A stretch of DNA of 64,000 nt from Promethearchaeia archaeon (GCA_046483985.1 JAWOCD010000111.1:13521-77520); one strand, 5' to 3'; positions 31,045-42,135 are shown, numbered from the stretch's first letter. Notes: generated by a model not told the origin, from the letters alone. Numbers and translations: made by a program.

Positions 31045-31411
31045 TTTTATGCCCTCCTCGTGAAAGAGAACCTTAATCTTATTAAAGAAGAATTGACATA
31101 TAATAAATATAATTGAGTCATATTTTATAGTAAATTTATGTGTCCGATTTACTGGACGATAGTTGTATAAATGTCAAAAATATAAATAAGACCAATTGAG
31201 TCTAATTATCTGCTGTTACTTCTTACGATCCTCGCCTCAAGTTTAGTTAATCTCACTCTCTTATTCATTCTATGAGACTTTCCTTTTTCTCATAGGAAAA
31301 AAGGAAAACATTTATATTGATAGTTATTATAATTATAATTGAGAATCGGAAAATATATGTAAAAGTAAATCCTAAAAAATATTCTTATACCCAAAAAAGG
31401 AGGCACGTAAA

Positions 31412-31462
31412 GTGTCCAAAAATAATAAACACCATACCTCAACCCTTAAAACCCTGTTATAG
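31412..31462 (+). other. SD-led micro-ORF MSKNNKHHTSTLKTLL (16 aa)
   Basis: AGGAGG 8 nt upstream of GTG; BRE/TATA at about 31303-31318; hairpin and T-tract downstream. Confidence 0.4.
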
Positions 31463-31680
31463 ATAAATTTTACTCTTTTTGAAAAATGTAAAGGAGTATA
31501 TTTTCCTATTCTCTTCTCTTTCTTTTTATTAACATATCCATTTCAAGAAAGATCAATTCTTCGCAATACTTAATCCTTCTGCTAATAAATAAATCCTTAG
31601 GTTAAGAAATCCTAAAATTTCTTTTAAAGAGGGATATTCGAACATAAAAGAAAAATGCCGTTAAAAACTAAATTTCGTAA

Positions 31681-31731
31681 GAAAAAGTTTTTAATAAAAC
31701 TCTTAATTTTGTTAGACTAAGTATAATTACT
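31681..31731 (+). promoter_or_regulatory. Putative hdrA promoter
   Basis: GAAAAAGTTTTTAATAAA...TAAGTATAA, similar to the fwdF upstream region. Confidence 0.5.
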
Positions 31732-31798
31732 TTAAAATTAATCTTAGTAATTACAATAAATAAAATTACTTACTTTCTAACGAATTTTGTGAAGTTCT

Positions 31799-33820
31799 AT
31801 GGAAGAAGCAAAAACAGAAATTAAAGTTACCAGGAAAGAAAAACCCAGAATTGGTGTCTATATATGCCATTGTGGTATTAATATTGCAGGTGTAATAGAT
31901 GTTGAGAAATTAAGAGATTATGCCAAAAGCCTTCCTAATGTTGTCCTTGCAAAAGATTATAAATTTATGTGTTCAGATAATGGGCAAGTCTTAATTAAGG
32001 AAGATCTTGAAGAAGGATTAATCAATCGCGTAGTTGTAGCAGCTTGCTCTCCTCGAATGCATGAGCCTACATTCCGAATGGTTTGTAGAGAAGCGGGGCT
32101 AAATCAATTTCTTTTCGAACAAGCAAATATCAGAGAACATGCTACTTGGGTAAATATGGAAGATCCAGAAGGGGCATATGAAATTGCAAAAGACCACGTT
32201 CGAATGGCAGTAGCTAAAGCTCGGAACTTAGTGCCTCTAGAGGTACAGAAGGTTAATGTAGAGCCATCAGCCTTGGTTATTGGTGCGGGAATTGCCGGTA
32301 TGAATACCGCATTAGATCTTGCCAATGATGGATACCATGTATATTTAGTAGAGCGAAGCCCAACAATTGGTGGGCATATGGCTCAGCTGGATAAAACCTT
32401 TCCAACGATGGACTGTTCGGCATGTATTCTCACTCCGCGTATGGTTGACGTGGCCAGAAATGAAAATATCGAGGTCCTTACTTATTCGGAAGTCACAGAC
32501 GTGGATGGATATGTGGGGAATTTCGAAGTGACCATTAAAAAGAAACCACGTTATGTAGACCAAGATGCATGTACCGGATGTGGAGCATGCGTAGATGTAT
32601 GTCCTGTGACTTGCGGAAATGAATTTGATTTAGGAATGGCAACTCGAAAGGCGATATATATTCCGTTTCCCCAAGCAGTTCCGGGAACTTATACAATAGA
32701 TATGGATAAATGTATAAAATGCGGAATTTGTGCAAGTCCAGATGTATGTGAACCCGATGCGATTAGATATGACGATAAAGCTCAAGAATTAAAGAAAAAA
32801 GTCGGTACCATTATTATTGCCACTGGTTGGGATTTATATGACCCAACAGAATTAGAGCAATATGGGTATGGACGTTTTCCGAACGTTATTACGGGATTGG
32901 AAATGGAACGATTATTGAGTTCAACGGGTCCAACCCTTGGAAAGCCTGTAAGACCTTCTGATGCAAAAACACCGCATAGTATTGCCTTTTTACAATGTGT
33001 GGGAAGCAGAATGTTTGGTGATAAAGGTAATCCATATTGTTCGAGAGTATGTTGCATGTATGCCACAAAACAAGCCCGGCAATATAAGGAAAAGCATCCC
33101 GAAGCGGATGTATATATTTTCTATATGGATATTCGAGCATTTGGGAAAGGGTACGAAGAGTTTTATGAGTCTGCTCAACGCGAATATGGAATTAATTACT
33201 TCAGAGGCAGAATTGCAGAGGTTTCCGAAGATGAAGATCATAATATTGTCATCAGAGCAGAAGATACCCTCTTACAACGACCAACTGAACTCACTGTTGA
33301 TCTGTTTGTTCTCTCGTGTGGTCTTGAACCACGAGCGGATGCCGATGAGATTGCCAGTTTATTAAGTGTTCAGAGATCCGCAGATGGATTCTTTATGGAA
33401 GCTCATCCAAAATTACGACCCGTAGATACCTTAACAAACGGCATTTTTGTTGCTGGTGTAGCTCAAGGTCCAAAGGATATCCCAGATACGGTAGCACAAG
33501 CAAAAGGTGCAGCATCTGGAGCGTCCACTTTAATGGCAAAGGGAGAAGTCGAAATCGAACCGTATTACGCAGTAGTATTAGAACATAAATGTTCTGGATG
33601 TCGAAGTTGCCAATCATTATGTCCGTTCGGTGCAATTGATTTTAATGAAATGGAAAATGTAGCAGAGGTAAATCTTGCATTATGTAAGGGTTGCGGTACA
33701 TGTGTCGGCGCGTGTCCCTCGGAAGCGCTGGTGCAAAATCATTTTGCCGACTTTCAGTTAAGGCCCATTATTGATTGGGCGGTTAATCCCCCAGAGCAAT
33801 CCGAACCTCAAGTAAAATAA
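31799..33820 (+). CDS. hdrA: Heterodisulfide reductase subunit A (Cys form)
   Basis: IGVYICHCG, AACSPRMHE, GAGIAG, LDKTFPTMDCSACIL, CSRVCCMYATK, inserted and C-terminal ferredoxin motifs. Confidence 0.97.
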   Translation: MEEAKTEIKVTRKEKPRIGVYICHCGINIAGVIDVEKLRDYAKSLPNVVLAKDYKFMCSDNGQVLIKEDLEEGLINRVVVAACSPRMHEPTFRMVCREAGLNQFLFEQANIREHATWVNMEDPEGAYEIAKDHVRMAVAKARNLVPLEVQKVNVEPSALVIGAGIAGMNTALDLANDGYHVYLVERSPTIGGHMAQLDKTFPTMDCSACILTPRMVDVARNENIEVLTYSEVTDVDGYVGNFEVTIKKKPRYVDQDACTGCGACVDVCPVTCGNEFDLGMATRKAIYIPFPQAVPGTYTIDMDKCIKCGICASPDVCEPDAIRYDDKAQELKKKVGTIIIATGWDLYDPTELEQYGYGRFPNVITGLEMERLLSSTGPTLGKPVRPSDAKTPHSIAFLQCVGSRMFGDKGNPYCSRVCCMYATKQARQYKEKHPEADVYIFYMDIRAFGKGYEEFYESAQREYGINYFRGRIAEVSEDEDHNIVIRAEDTLLQRPTELTVDLFVLSCGLEPRADADEIASLLSVQRSADGFFMEAHPKLRPVDTLTNGIFVAGVAQGPKDIPDTVAQAKGAASGASTLMAKGEVEIEPYYAVVLEHKCSGCRSCQSLCPFGAIDFNEMENVAEVNLALCKGCGTCVGACPSEALVQNHFADFQLRPIIDWAVNPPEQSEPQVK

Positions 33821-33849
33821 ATTTTTTCTTTTTCCTTTTATTTCTTTTT
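33821..33849 (+). terminator. Oligo-T archaeal terminator after hdrA
   Basis: TTTTTTCTTTTCCTTTTATTTCTTTTT immediately after the stop. Confidence 0.55.
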
Positions 33850-33942
33850 CGAATATAATACTAAAATTAGCTTAATTTGACCAAAAAATTTCTTTTTGTT
33901 ACCCGTAATTTTTTACCCAAAAATTGCCAGAGAAAGCACACC

Positions 33943-35064
33943 ATGAATTTCGAATTTGAATGTAAGGATTGTCGTATATGCGAAACCAATTGTTCGATCT
34001 TTTTAGAAACGGGAAAAGGGGCCGCTTATGAAAAACTAAATGTTATTAAGCGATTAAGTGAAAATGGACAATTAACTAAAGACGATATCAATATTATCTT
34101 TAGATGTACCAAATGCGAAGCGTGTCAGGAGATTTGTCCAGAGGATATTCCTCTAATGGATCTCTATGATTGGGCAAGGGATAAGATATTCTCCCGACAT
34201 GGAGCCCGTAACGAGAAACAGCAAGGGTTAATCCAGAATATTTTAAATTACGGGAATCCCTTCGGAAATGAAGGTTCACGGTTGATCGGAGTGGATGAAA
34301 CCCTCCTCAAACAAAAGCTATTTAAAAAGAGCGATGAGTCACCACCTTCACGCATCTTACTTCATTTTGGGTGTATGTTAGGATACCGGCTCCAATCCAT
34401 GCGAGACGATTCGTTGAAAATCTTAGAGTTACTGGGCGTGGATTATTGCCTATTGGAAAATGAAATCTGCTGCGGCTACTTCATTTGGAATACAGGAGAT
34501 CATGAATCTGCCAACAAGATTATTGCGAAGAATCAACAATTTTTCAAAGAGTTCGATAAAATCATTTGCGCATGTGCTGGCTGCTATACCTTCTTTAGAG
34601 AAAATTATCCAAACCCCGAAAAATTCGTTCACTTTATCGAGGTTGTCGATGAAAGAATTAGAGAACTGTCAGTTAAGCCCACGAATATGGAAAATCGTAA
34701 AAAATCCTATATTTTTCATGATTCTTGCCACCTCACTCGTCCTCATAAAATTGTACAGCCACCTCGTACAATAATGAAAGCTTTAGGTATGCCTTTAAAA
34801 GAATTCTCCCATAGGGGGGAGGAGGGATTATGCTGCGGTGCGGACGGCGGGATGAGGATAAGTAATCCCAAACTGGCAAATAGAATTGGATTAACGCGTG
34901 TACAAGAAGCGGACCATTCTGGTGCTGACACTCTACTTACTCTTTGTCCCTTTTGTATTTTTAATTTTCGTGACAGCCTCCCAAACAATTGGGATGGAAT
35001 AACCATCGGGAGCCTTTATCGGGAGATCAAAGAGTGGTTAGCGGACTATATCCAGAATAAATAG
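33943..35064 (+). CDS. HdrD/GlpC-like Fe-S oxidoreductase (2x4Fe-4S plus 2 CCG domains)
   Basis: CKDCRICETNC, CTKCEACQEICP, ICCG, HDSCH, CCGADGG, CPFC; ATG at 33943 preferred to the TTG in the ORF track. Confidence 0.88.
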   Translation: MNFEFECKDCRICETNCSIFLETGKGAAYEKLNVIKRLSENGQLTKDDINIIFRCTKCEACQEICPEDIPLMDLYDWARDKIFSRHGARNEKQQGLIQNILNYGNPFGNEGSRLIGVDETLLKQKLFKKSDESPPSRILLHFGCMLGYRLQSMRDDSLKILELLGVDYCLLENEICCGYFIWNTGDHESANKIIAKNQQFFKEFDKIICACAGCYTFFRENYPNPEKFVHFIEVVDERIRELSVKPTNMENRKKSYIFHDSCHLTRPHKIVQPPRTIMKALGMPLKEFSHRGEEGLCCGADGGMRISNPKLANRIGLTRVQEADHSGADTLLTLCPFCIFNFRDSLPNNWDGITIGSLYREIKEWLADYIQNK

Positions 35065-35165
35065 AATCCAATCCTCTTTTTCCTATATATCTTATTGTCC
35101 TCTCAATAAAATTATATAGAAATTTAAAAAAATATCCATCACTAAATATAAATATAGATCTTAAA

Positions 35166-35834
35166 GTGGGAGTCTTTAAAGTGGAAAAAGAAAAACTAAG
35201 TAAATTTAGTATCGATAAACTTACGCATGAGTTTGTGGATGCCATAAAAGATCAAACCATAGAATTAGTGGAAGGAATTGAATATTTAATTGATGAGGAC
35301 TATGAAAATTTCAAAGAGAATCTAAATAATGTTATCAAAACCAGTAAAGAGATAAAGATTAAGAAAACCTTTGAAACTAAACTGTGGAAGTCAAAACTCA
35401 TTTTTTCGAAAAAAGATCGGCTTAAGGTGTTCAGCAAAATCAACGATATGAAAAATATTGGAGAATTTATGGCTCATAAAATGCAGCTTTATAAAGTGGT
35501 GTTTCCAGATAAGGAATTCAAACTACAAATTCGAAGTATTATAAAATCCTTGAGATTAATCACTAATGATTTAACTGAAGCAATTAAACACATCAGTGAT
35601 GACCTTACTAAAGCGCGTGCAAAAAGCGAAGAAGTCAAAGAAGAAAGAAGAAAAATGAGAAGAGAAGAATTTGCTCTTTTAGAAAGATTATGGAACTATG
35701 ACATGGACTATATATCAAGAACTTTCTTATATCTCAAGGAGTTAATAGAGAATATCATGAAGCTGGCAGATCATATTAAAGATTTTGCAGAATACATCCA
35801 ATTTCTCGCAACAAAATATTTAATATTCGAATAA
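35166..35834 (+). CDS. DUF47/PhoU-like phosphate transport regulator
   Basis: All-helical; DRLKVFSKIND and IENIMKLADHIKD repeats; next to PiT. Confidence 0.75.
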   Translation: MGVFKVEKEKLSKFSIDKLTHEFVDAIKDQTIELVEGIEYLIDEDYENFKENLNNVIKTSKEIKIKKTFETKLWKSKLIFSKKDRLKVFSKINDMKNIGEFMAHKMQLYKVVFPDKEFKLQIRSIIKSLRLITNDLTEAIKHISDDLTKARAKSEEVKEERRKMRREEFALLERLWNYDMDYISRTFLYLKELIENIMKLADHIKDFAEYIQFLATKYLIFE

Positions 35835-35852
35835 AAACCGGACATCCTAAAA

Positions 35853-36878
35853 ATGGTTGAAATTGTTGCAGTTGTAACCCCCGTTTTAATTGTGATGGGA
35901 ATAAGTCTTGCATTTGCGATTGGTGCAAATGATGAAACGTTAGCGGCCTTAGTAGGGACGAATATTTTAAAATTCCGCATTGCATTGATTTGCGGCGGAA
36001 TGGCAGCTGGATTTGGTATGATCTTTTTAAGTCGTGGAGTGGGCGAAACAGTAGGCGCAAATATTTTAGGACCCGGCATCAAATACACCAGTTTTATGCT
36101 GTTAGCAGTGCTGATCAGTAGTATTATCTGGCTAATTCTTGGGAGCCTTGCAGGTATCCCCTTAAGCTCAACTCATAGTACTGTGGGCTCCATTTTCGGA
36201 GTATTGATTGTGTATTCTGTATTTCAAGGAGGTATTGACCCTGCAACTGCGTTAAATTACGAAAAGCTCCAAGAGGTTGTATTAAGCTGGTTTCTCTCTC
36301 CCGTTATGGGTTTAATGGTCACGTATATTATGTTTGTTATCCTTGCGAAATTATATTTATCTAAATTAAAAGGGTTGAATGAAATCGAGAAATCGGAGAA
36401 AAGATTTAGTTATTTATTATTTTTTGCAGTAATCTTTGCAGAAATATGGGTTGGAGCAAATTCTGCCGAATGCATTGGAATCTTTTATGGGCTCTTTTAC
36501 AGCGGTTTTCTAACAATTGAACAATATTACTTTTATGTGGTAATCTGCGGAATTTTTGTTTTTCTCGGGATCTATATCGCTGGTCGATTTGTCATTAAAA
36601 ATTTAGCCTCACAGATGACGGACGCACGACCAAGTGAGGGGTTTATCATTCAGATAGCCTCCTCTATAGTATTAATGATTGCGACGGTTTTCTCCTTACC
36701 TATCTCTCACAGTCATGTTATCGTTTTTTCTATTATCGGGATGAATTTTGCCCAAAGAAGAGAAGTTGATTACACCGCCATCGGGAAAATGGCAATATAT
36801 TGGTTTTTAACGTTTCCTGTGGCAGCTATTTTTGCAGGTTTTATTTATACTGGATTCATACAATTTGGATTATACTAA
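35853..36878 (+). CDS. PiT family inorganic anion transporter
   Basis: IGANDE, IPLSSTHS, SWFLSP, LPISHSH. Confidence 0.88.
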   Translation: MVEIVAVVTPVLIVMGISLAFAIGANDETLAALVGTNILKFRIALICGGMAAGFGMIFLSRGVGETVGANILGPGIKYTSFMLLAVLISSIIWLILGSLAGIPLSSTHSTVGSIFGVLIVYSVFQGGIDPATALNYEKLQEVVLSWFLSPVMGLMVTYIMFVILAKLYLSKLKGLNEIEKSEKRFSYLLFFAVIFAEIWVGANSAECIGIFYGLFYSGFLTIEQYYFYVVICGIFVFLGIYIAGRFVIKNLASQMTDARPSEGFIIQIASSIVLMIATVFSLPISHSHVIVFSIIGMNFAQRREVDYTAIGKMAIYWFLTFPVAAIFAGFIYTGFIQFGLY

Positions 36879-36929
36879 ACTATATATAATATATTTTTCT
36901 ATATAAATACAGAAAAATCGTTACAAAGA

Positions 36930-37622
36930 GTGAGATGGATGGGAAGCTTAATTGATTTGAAATTTAAGAAATCTGCTGAAAATGTATTGGAAATGAGCAT
37001 AAGTCACGCTCAGAAAGTTCAAGGATGTGTAGTAGAGTTAGATAAAGGGATAAATGTTCTCTTGAAAGAAAAGGATCATGAAAGGGCATTAGATGTTTTT
37101 AGGAGCGTAGATTCACTTGAAAATAACGCAGATGGAAAACGCAGGAAAATACTACGTCATATTTCTAAAAGTCAGTTGAATCCCAGCGTAAGGGGCGATT
37201 TATCTCATTTAATAAAGAATCAAGATGAAATAGCTAATTGTGCTTGCGGTGTAGCCCGGAGAATGGCCACTATCCCCGTTGCCTTTTGGGATCAAAGTAG
37301 CAAGAACTCAGTAGATACTATCTTAAATATGTCCAATAAAACTGTCGCTTGCGTGGAATATCTCGATAAAATAGTAATTGACTTATTAGGAGAACGAGAG
37401 CACATTAAGCAATACCATAATAAGATAAATAATCTCGAACACGATGTGGATATTTTGAATATTCAACTGCGAGAAGAATTACAACAGACGGGCTATGAGG
37501 TCAATCAGTTCACTATTTTTACTGTGGGAAGCACAATCAATATTATCGAGGCGATTAGCGATTCAATTGAGACTGTTGCGGATTATATCATGGCTTTATT
37601 GACCAGTTCAAATGTGGTCTAA
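36930..37622 (+). CDS. DUF47/PhoU-like regulator
   Basis: LENNADGKRR, QDEIAN, LEHDVD, IEAISDSIETVAD. Confidence 0.85.
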   Translation: MRWMGSLIDLKFKKSAENVLEMSISHAQKVQGCVVELDKGINVLLKEKDHERALDVFRSVDSLENNADGKRRKILRHISKSQLNPSVRGDLSHLIKNQDEIANCACGVARRMATIPVAFWDQSSKNSVDTILNMSNKTVACVEYLDKIVIDLLGEREHIKQYHNKINNLEHDVDILNIQLREELQQTGYEVNQFTIFTVGSTINIIEAISDSIETVADYIMALLTSSNVV

Positions 37623-37736
37623 GGGTTTCATTTTGTGTAAAAATTATTCCAAGAAATCCCAAAAATTATAATAATTTTAATTAGAAGAATATTCTAATAT
37701 TATAATAATGAATCTCTTCTCTAATTAGAACTCCCA

Positions 37737-39179
37737 ATGAGAGTAACTGTAAAATTTGGAATAGTAAGTTTCGTTATCATTCTTGTCCAATCATTTTTAA
37801 AAATTACCGCAGTTCTGTTAACTGGAAGCATTGCTTTACTATCCGAAACAATTGATACGATTGTCGACATTTTTTTCGCAGGGCTTACCTTATATTCTGT
37901 CTATATCAGTACTAGACCTCCAGATTTTGAGCATATGTACGGGCATGGAAAAATCGATTCAATCGGAGCGGTAGTGCAAGGAATCATTCTTTCGGTCATT
38001 TATTTTTTGCTAATTTATAATAGCTTGCAAATTGTTCTTAAAGGTTCATATCAGGTGACGAATCCGAAATCGGGCATAATTCTAATTATCATCTCTTTTA
38101 TTATTAACATGGTATATTCCCGAATATTAATATGGCAAGGAAGGAAACAAAAGAGCTTATCCTTAAAAGTTCAAGGATTAAACTTATTCCAAGATTCATT
38201 GCGTTCCATTCTTGTCTTGGGAAGTCTTGTTTTCTCATTGTATGGTTTTGCCTTTTTGGATCCTTACTTTGGAATTGGCTTAGCTGTTTTTATTATTTAT
38301 AGCTCGATAAAGCTATCCAAAGAAGGAATTAACGAATTAAGCGATGCAAATCCCCTGAATACTATGATTGTTAATGAACTTATAACCTTTATGAACAAAA
38401 TCGACCATGTAAAAGAGGTAGATGATATAAAAGCACGGACCAGCGGACGGAAGTTATTCGTTGAAGTAATATTGTCTGTTGAAGAACATATTCCAATGGC
38501 ATATGCAGATCGAATCAACAAATCCATTAATTCAATGACTAAGAAATTATTTCCTGTTTATGAAGTAGAACTCATGATTCAAATGAATCCAAAAGGCGGA
38601 GAAGCCGCGATGGGGGAAAGAGTAATAAAACTTGTCCAATCCATTAAAATGGATTATCCAGAGATATTAAAGATTAAGAATATATCTTTATTTGAGTATG
38701 TGCAAAAAAATTTCATCTCTATGACGATGATTGTTAATCAAACCCTTACCTTAGACGAGGCCCATACAGTTTGCACGGAGTTTGAGGGTGAACTAAAGAA
38801 ACATATAAAAGAAATCGACAGAATAATCACACATATTGAAAGTGAGATAAGGTCAAGTAAAGAAATTATCAAAATCAATGAGAAGGGGATCCCAGAGAGG
38901 AAAAAGGAGGAAGTTGAAAAGAACGTAGAAAAGATCTTAAAAACATATAAAAACGTAAAAGGATATCACGGGTTAGAATGTTGGGAGGCTTTAAATTATT
39001 GCATTGTTGAACTTCATATCTTTTTTGAAGGAAGACTGAATATTAATATCGTGCATCACGACATCGAAAAAATAAAGAATGAGATTAGACATCTAAAAAT
39101 CGAAAAACTCGGAGGGATTTACTTACATAGTGAGCCGTTAGAAGGGCGGACAGATGGTGTTATATTTAGGGCTCAATAA
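37737..39179 (+). CDS. Cation diffusion facilitator with three tandem C-terminal ZT-dimer domains
   Basis: TGSIALLSE, PPDFEHMYGHGK, three repeats ending IQMNP / THIE / LHSEP. Confidence 0.9.
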   Translation: MRVTVKFGIVSFVIILVQSFLKITAVLLTGSIALLSETIDTIVDIFFAGLTLYSVYISTRPPDFEHMYGHGKIDSIGAVVQGIILSVIYFLLIYNSLQIVLKGSYQVTNPKSGIILIIISFIINMVYSRILIWQGRKQKSLSLKVQGLNLFQDSLRSILVLGSLVFSLYGFAFLDPYFGIGLAVFIIYSSIKLSKEGINELSDANPLNTMIVNELITFMNKIDHVKEVDDIKARTSGRKLFVEVILSVEEHIPMAYADRINKSINSMTKKLFPVYEVELMIQMNPKGGEAAMGERVIKLVQSIKMDYPEILKIKNISLFEYVQKNFISMTMIVNQTLTLDEAHTVCTEFEGELKKHIKEIDRIITHIESEIRSSKEIIKINEKGIPERKKEEVEKNVEKILKTYKNVKGYHGLECWEALNYCIVELHIFFEGRLNINIVHHDIEKIKNEIRHLKIEKLGGIYLHSEPLEGRTDGVIFRAQ

Positions 39180-39200
39180 AAATATAGGAAAAGGGATGGG

Positions 39201-39223
39201 GACTTCTTTCGCAGATCGTTAAA
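39201..39223 (+). repeat. Dispersed 23-bp repeat, copy 2
   Basis: Identical to 11433-11455. Confidence 0.85.
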
Positions 39224-39245
39224 GATAAAAAAAAATTTAACTTAT

Positions 39246-41378
39246 TTAATCCCATTTGGAATCGAGTAAATCTAAAGTTTCCTCAAAATCGTTTGTGGGC
39301 GGTTTACAAGTTTTATCAACACAGATATAGGCGGTTGTTTGCTCATTTTGCTTTGAAAAGCTTTCCACATATGAGGCAATCGAATCAATCTGAGGAGATT
39401 CCATATCTGTGGGGCGATAAATTAATGCCTTATTAGGTAAAAATTCCGAGTGGATCTTATCAAGAAAAGCTTGGGTATTATTACTCGACTGGTCGCCCGA
39501 AATTACCAAGGTAAATGTAGGACCTAAAGCAAAATCAATCGCAACCAACAGCTGTGTATGCGCTACAGGATTGTCCCTTATACTTTCGGAAAAGACACGT
39601 GCTATATATTCAGCTTTCTCCTCTAACTCTGGATTGCCAGTTAACAGAGATAACCGGAGTAGATTCAACATTGCCACCGAGTTTCCGGAGGGTATAGCAC
39701 TGTCATAAATTTCCTTCTGTTTTGTTAGAATCTTCTCGCTTTTTTTCGAAGTGAAAAAGAAGCCGCCAATATAATCATCCCAGAATTCATCGATTAGTGT
39801 TTGATTTAATTCAAGCGCTGTCTTTAAGTTAGAAACATCAAATGTGGCTTCATACATTTCAATGAGCCCCCAAATGAAAAAGGCATAATCATCGAGAAAG
39901 CCCCCCACATTTGCATTGCCATTCCGATAGCGGTGCATGAGTCTACCTTCGGCAGTTAGAAGATTCTCTAATATAAAGTCTATAGCTTTTTGGGCGACTT
40001 TGAGATAACTTGGGTCCTCAAAAATCTGGGAAGCTTTAGCAAGAGCAGCGATCATTAGGCCGTTCCAATCGGTTAATATCTTATCATCTTTCGATGGTTT
40101 TTCCCGTTTTTCTCTTTGCGTGAATAACTTCTTACGAATGGATTCCAACTCTGTTTTTAACTGGGTTACGGGGATTTCTAATTTTGAGGCTAGATCTTCA
40201 TAAGTTTGTGTCATATACAAGATATTCTGACCAGTTTTTTCTTTTGTTGCTTCTTCTTCAAAATTTCCTTCTTCCTCTAGATTATACACTTCTTGTGCAA
40301 TGTTCAATTCTTGATCGTTCAGCAACCCTTCAAGTTCCTCCAATTTCCAGATATAATACTTTCCTTCTTCTCCTTCAACATCGGCATCTTCCGCAGAATA
40401 AAATACTCCCTCCGGGGAAGTCATATCACGAAATATGTATGTAAATATTTCTCGTACGGTCTGGGCATACATCTCATTTTTAGTTTCTTTATATGCCTCA
40501 CTATAGGCAATCGCCAATAAAGCATTATCATACAGCATTTTCTCAAAATGTGGAAGTTTCCAACGGGCATCAGTTGAATACCGATGAAACCCATATCCGA
40601 TATGGTCATAAACGCCCCCTCGCCTCATTGCATGCAAGGTATGATCAACCATCTTTAATAGTTCTTCATTTCCAGTACGTTTCCACATTCTCAAAAGAAA
40701 AAATATATTATGGGGAGTAGGAAATTTAGGTGTCGAACCAAATCCTCCATATTCTTCATCATATCGTGTGCTTAATTGACTTATTGCATTCCTTAGGGTT
40801 TTTCTATCCGGAACTTCCCCCGGAGACTCACTTGTCACGTTTTCTAAAGCAAGCGCGATCTCTTCGGAGGTCTCTAATGCTCTATCACGGTTGTTTTTCC
40901 AAAGATCTTGAATCCGCTCGATTAATTCGATAAGCCCTGGTTGACCGAACCGCTTTTTCTTAGGTATATAAGTGCCAGCAAAAAAGGGTTTTTTTTCTGG
41001 GGTCATAATTATTGTTAATGGCCACCCTCCGCTACGGGTCATCATGTGGCAAACCGTCATATAGGTTTTATCAACATCTGGACGTTCCTCCCTGTCTACC
41101 TTGATCGGTACGAATGTTTCATTTAATAATTCGGCAACTTCGAGATCTTCGAAACTCTCATGGGCCATTACATGGCACCAATGACATGTCGAATAACCGA
41201 TGGATAAAAAGATAGGCTTATCTTCCTTTTTCGCCTTTTGGAAAGCCTCTTCACCCCATGGCATCCAATCTACAGGATTATATGCATGTTGTAACAAATA
41301 CGGGCTAGATTCGTTAATAAGCAGATTGGGGTCTCCATTATGGGCATTAATATCATGTTCAATTTTCTCGTTATTCAT
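39246..41378 (-). CDS. Thioredoxin-domain YyaL/SPATA20 (DUF255) protein
   Basis: [43 protein letters not shown]. Confidence 0.93.
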   Translation of the reverse strand: MNNEKIEHDINAHNGDPNLLINESSPYLLQHAYNPVDWMPWGEEAFQKAKKEDKPIFLSIGYSTCHWCHVMAHESFEDLEVAELLNETFVPIKVDREERPDVDKTYMTVCHMMTRSGGWPLTIIMTPEKKPFFAGTYIPKKKRFGQPGLIELIERIQDLWKNNRDRALETSEEIALALENVTSESPGEVPDRKTLRNAISQLSTRYDEEYGGFGSTPKFPTPHNIFFLLRMWKRTGNEELLKMVDHTLHAMRRGGVYDHIGYGFHRYSTDARWKLPHFEKMLYDNALLAIAYSEAYKETKNEMYAQTVREIFTYIFRDMTSPEGVFYSAEDADVEGEEGKYYIWKLEELEGLLNDQELNIAQEVYNLEEEGNFEEEATKEKTGQNILYMTQTYEDLASKLEIPVTQLKTELESIRKKLFTQREKREKPSKDDKILTDWNGLMIAALAKASQIFEDPSYLKVAQKAIDFILENLLTAEGRLMHRYRNGNANVGGFLDDYAFFIWGLIEMYEATFDVSNLKTALELNQTLIDEFWDDYIGGFFFTSKKSEKILTKQKEIYDSAIPSGNSVAMLNLLRLSLLTGNPELEEKAEYIARVFSESIRDNPVAHTQLLVAIDFALGPTFTLVISGDQSSNNTQAFLDKIHSEFLPNKALIYRPTDMESPQIDSIASYVESFSKQNEQTTAYICVDKTCKPPTNDFEETLDLLDSKWD

Positions 41379-41390
41379 TTCATATCCAAC

Positions 41391-41972
41391 TTAATCATTA
41401 TTTGATGGTTTAAATTTGTTTTTATATTCATTTCGAAAAATAAATTCTTCTAAAGGTTTTCTCGGAGGTCTTTGTTTCTCTCCCAATTTCATATCATCGG
41501 ATAATACGGGATTAATTTCTTCTGAATGCTTACCAATATTGACAAATGTTATAAGCCGCATCTCCGCGGGGATATTCAAGATCTCCTTTGCCTTCTCTTC
41601 ATTAAACCCCGCAATAGGATGGGCAACCAACCCAAGTTCGGTCGCTCTCAGAATTAATTGAGCCGTAGCCAATCCCGTATCGAATAAGTAATATTTTCTT
41701 TCCTTTATAATACAATCTGCCTCGGGTTTGCTCAGTACTGCAATCATCATAGAAGCTTTTTCTATCCATCGGTTACCAGAAGAAAGGGTTGTGAATACTT
41801 GCTCAAGTTTTTGCTTATCATGAATGAATATATATTGCCACGGCTGTTTATTGGCACAAGATGGGGCAATTTGCGTACTATGGGCTAGATCCTTTATTAA
41901 ATCATCTGTAATGGTAACGGGAGCAAGAGATCGATAGGCTCTCCGTCTATTAATTGCTTCTTGAACGTTCAT
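41391..41972 (-). CDS. Nitroreductase family protein
   Basis: RRAYR, APSCANKQPW, DTGLA, ATELGL. Confidence 0.92.
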   Translation of the reverse strand: MNVQEAINRRRAYRSLAPVTITDDLIKDLAHSTQIAPSCANKQPWQYIFIHDKQKLEQVFTTLSSGNRWIEKASMMIAVLSKPEADCIIKERKYYLFDTGLATAQLILRATELGLVAHPIAGFNEEKAKEILNIPAEMRLITFVNIGKHSEEINPVLSDDMKLGEKQRPPRKPLEEFIFRNEYKNKFKPSNND

Positions 41973-42105
41973 TATATTATTATCCCTCTAATATTTACTT
42001 ATTTTATTTATTACAATAAGTGTAGACTAAATGTTTTTAATATTCGGATTATCATCTATTAATCTCAATAAGTTACAAATTAAGGTTAAGGTTTGGATTA
42101 GATCT

Positions 42106-42135
42106 ATATGGGTATGGACGTTTTCCGAACGTTAT
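42106..42135 (+). repeat. Perfect 30-bp copy of hdrA internal sequence (32860-32889)
   Basis: ATATGGGTATGGACGTTTTCCGAACGTTAT present at both positions. Confidence 0.9.

Noticed and set aside
29378-33820. Methanogenesis
   Set aside because: hdr/mvh/fwd occur in non-methanogens; no mcr or mtr genes in the window
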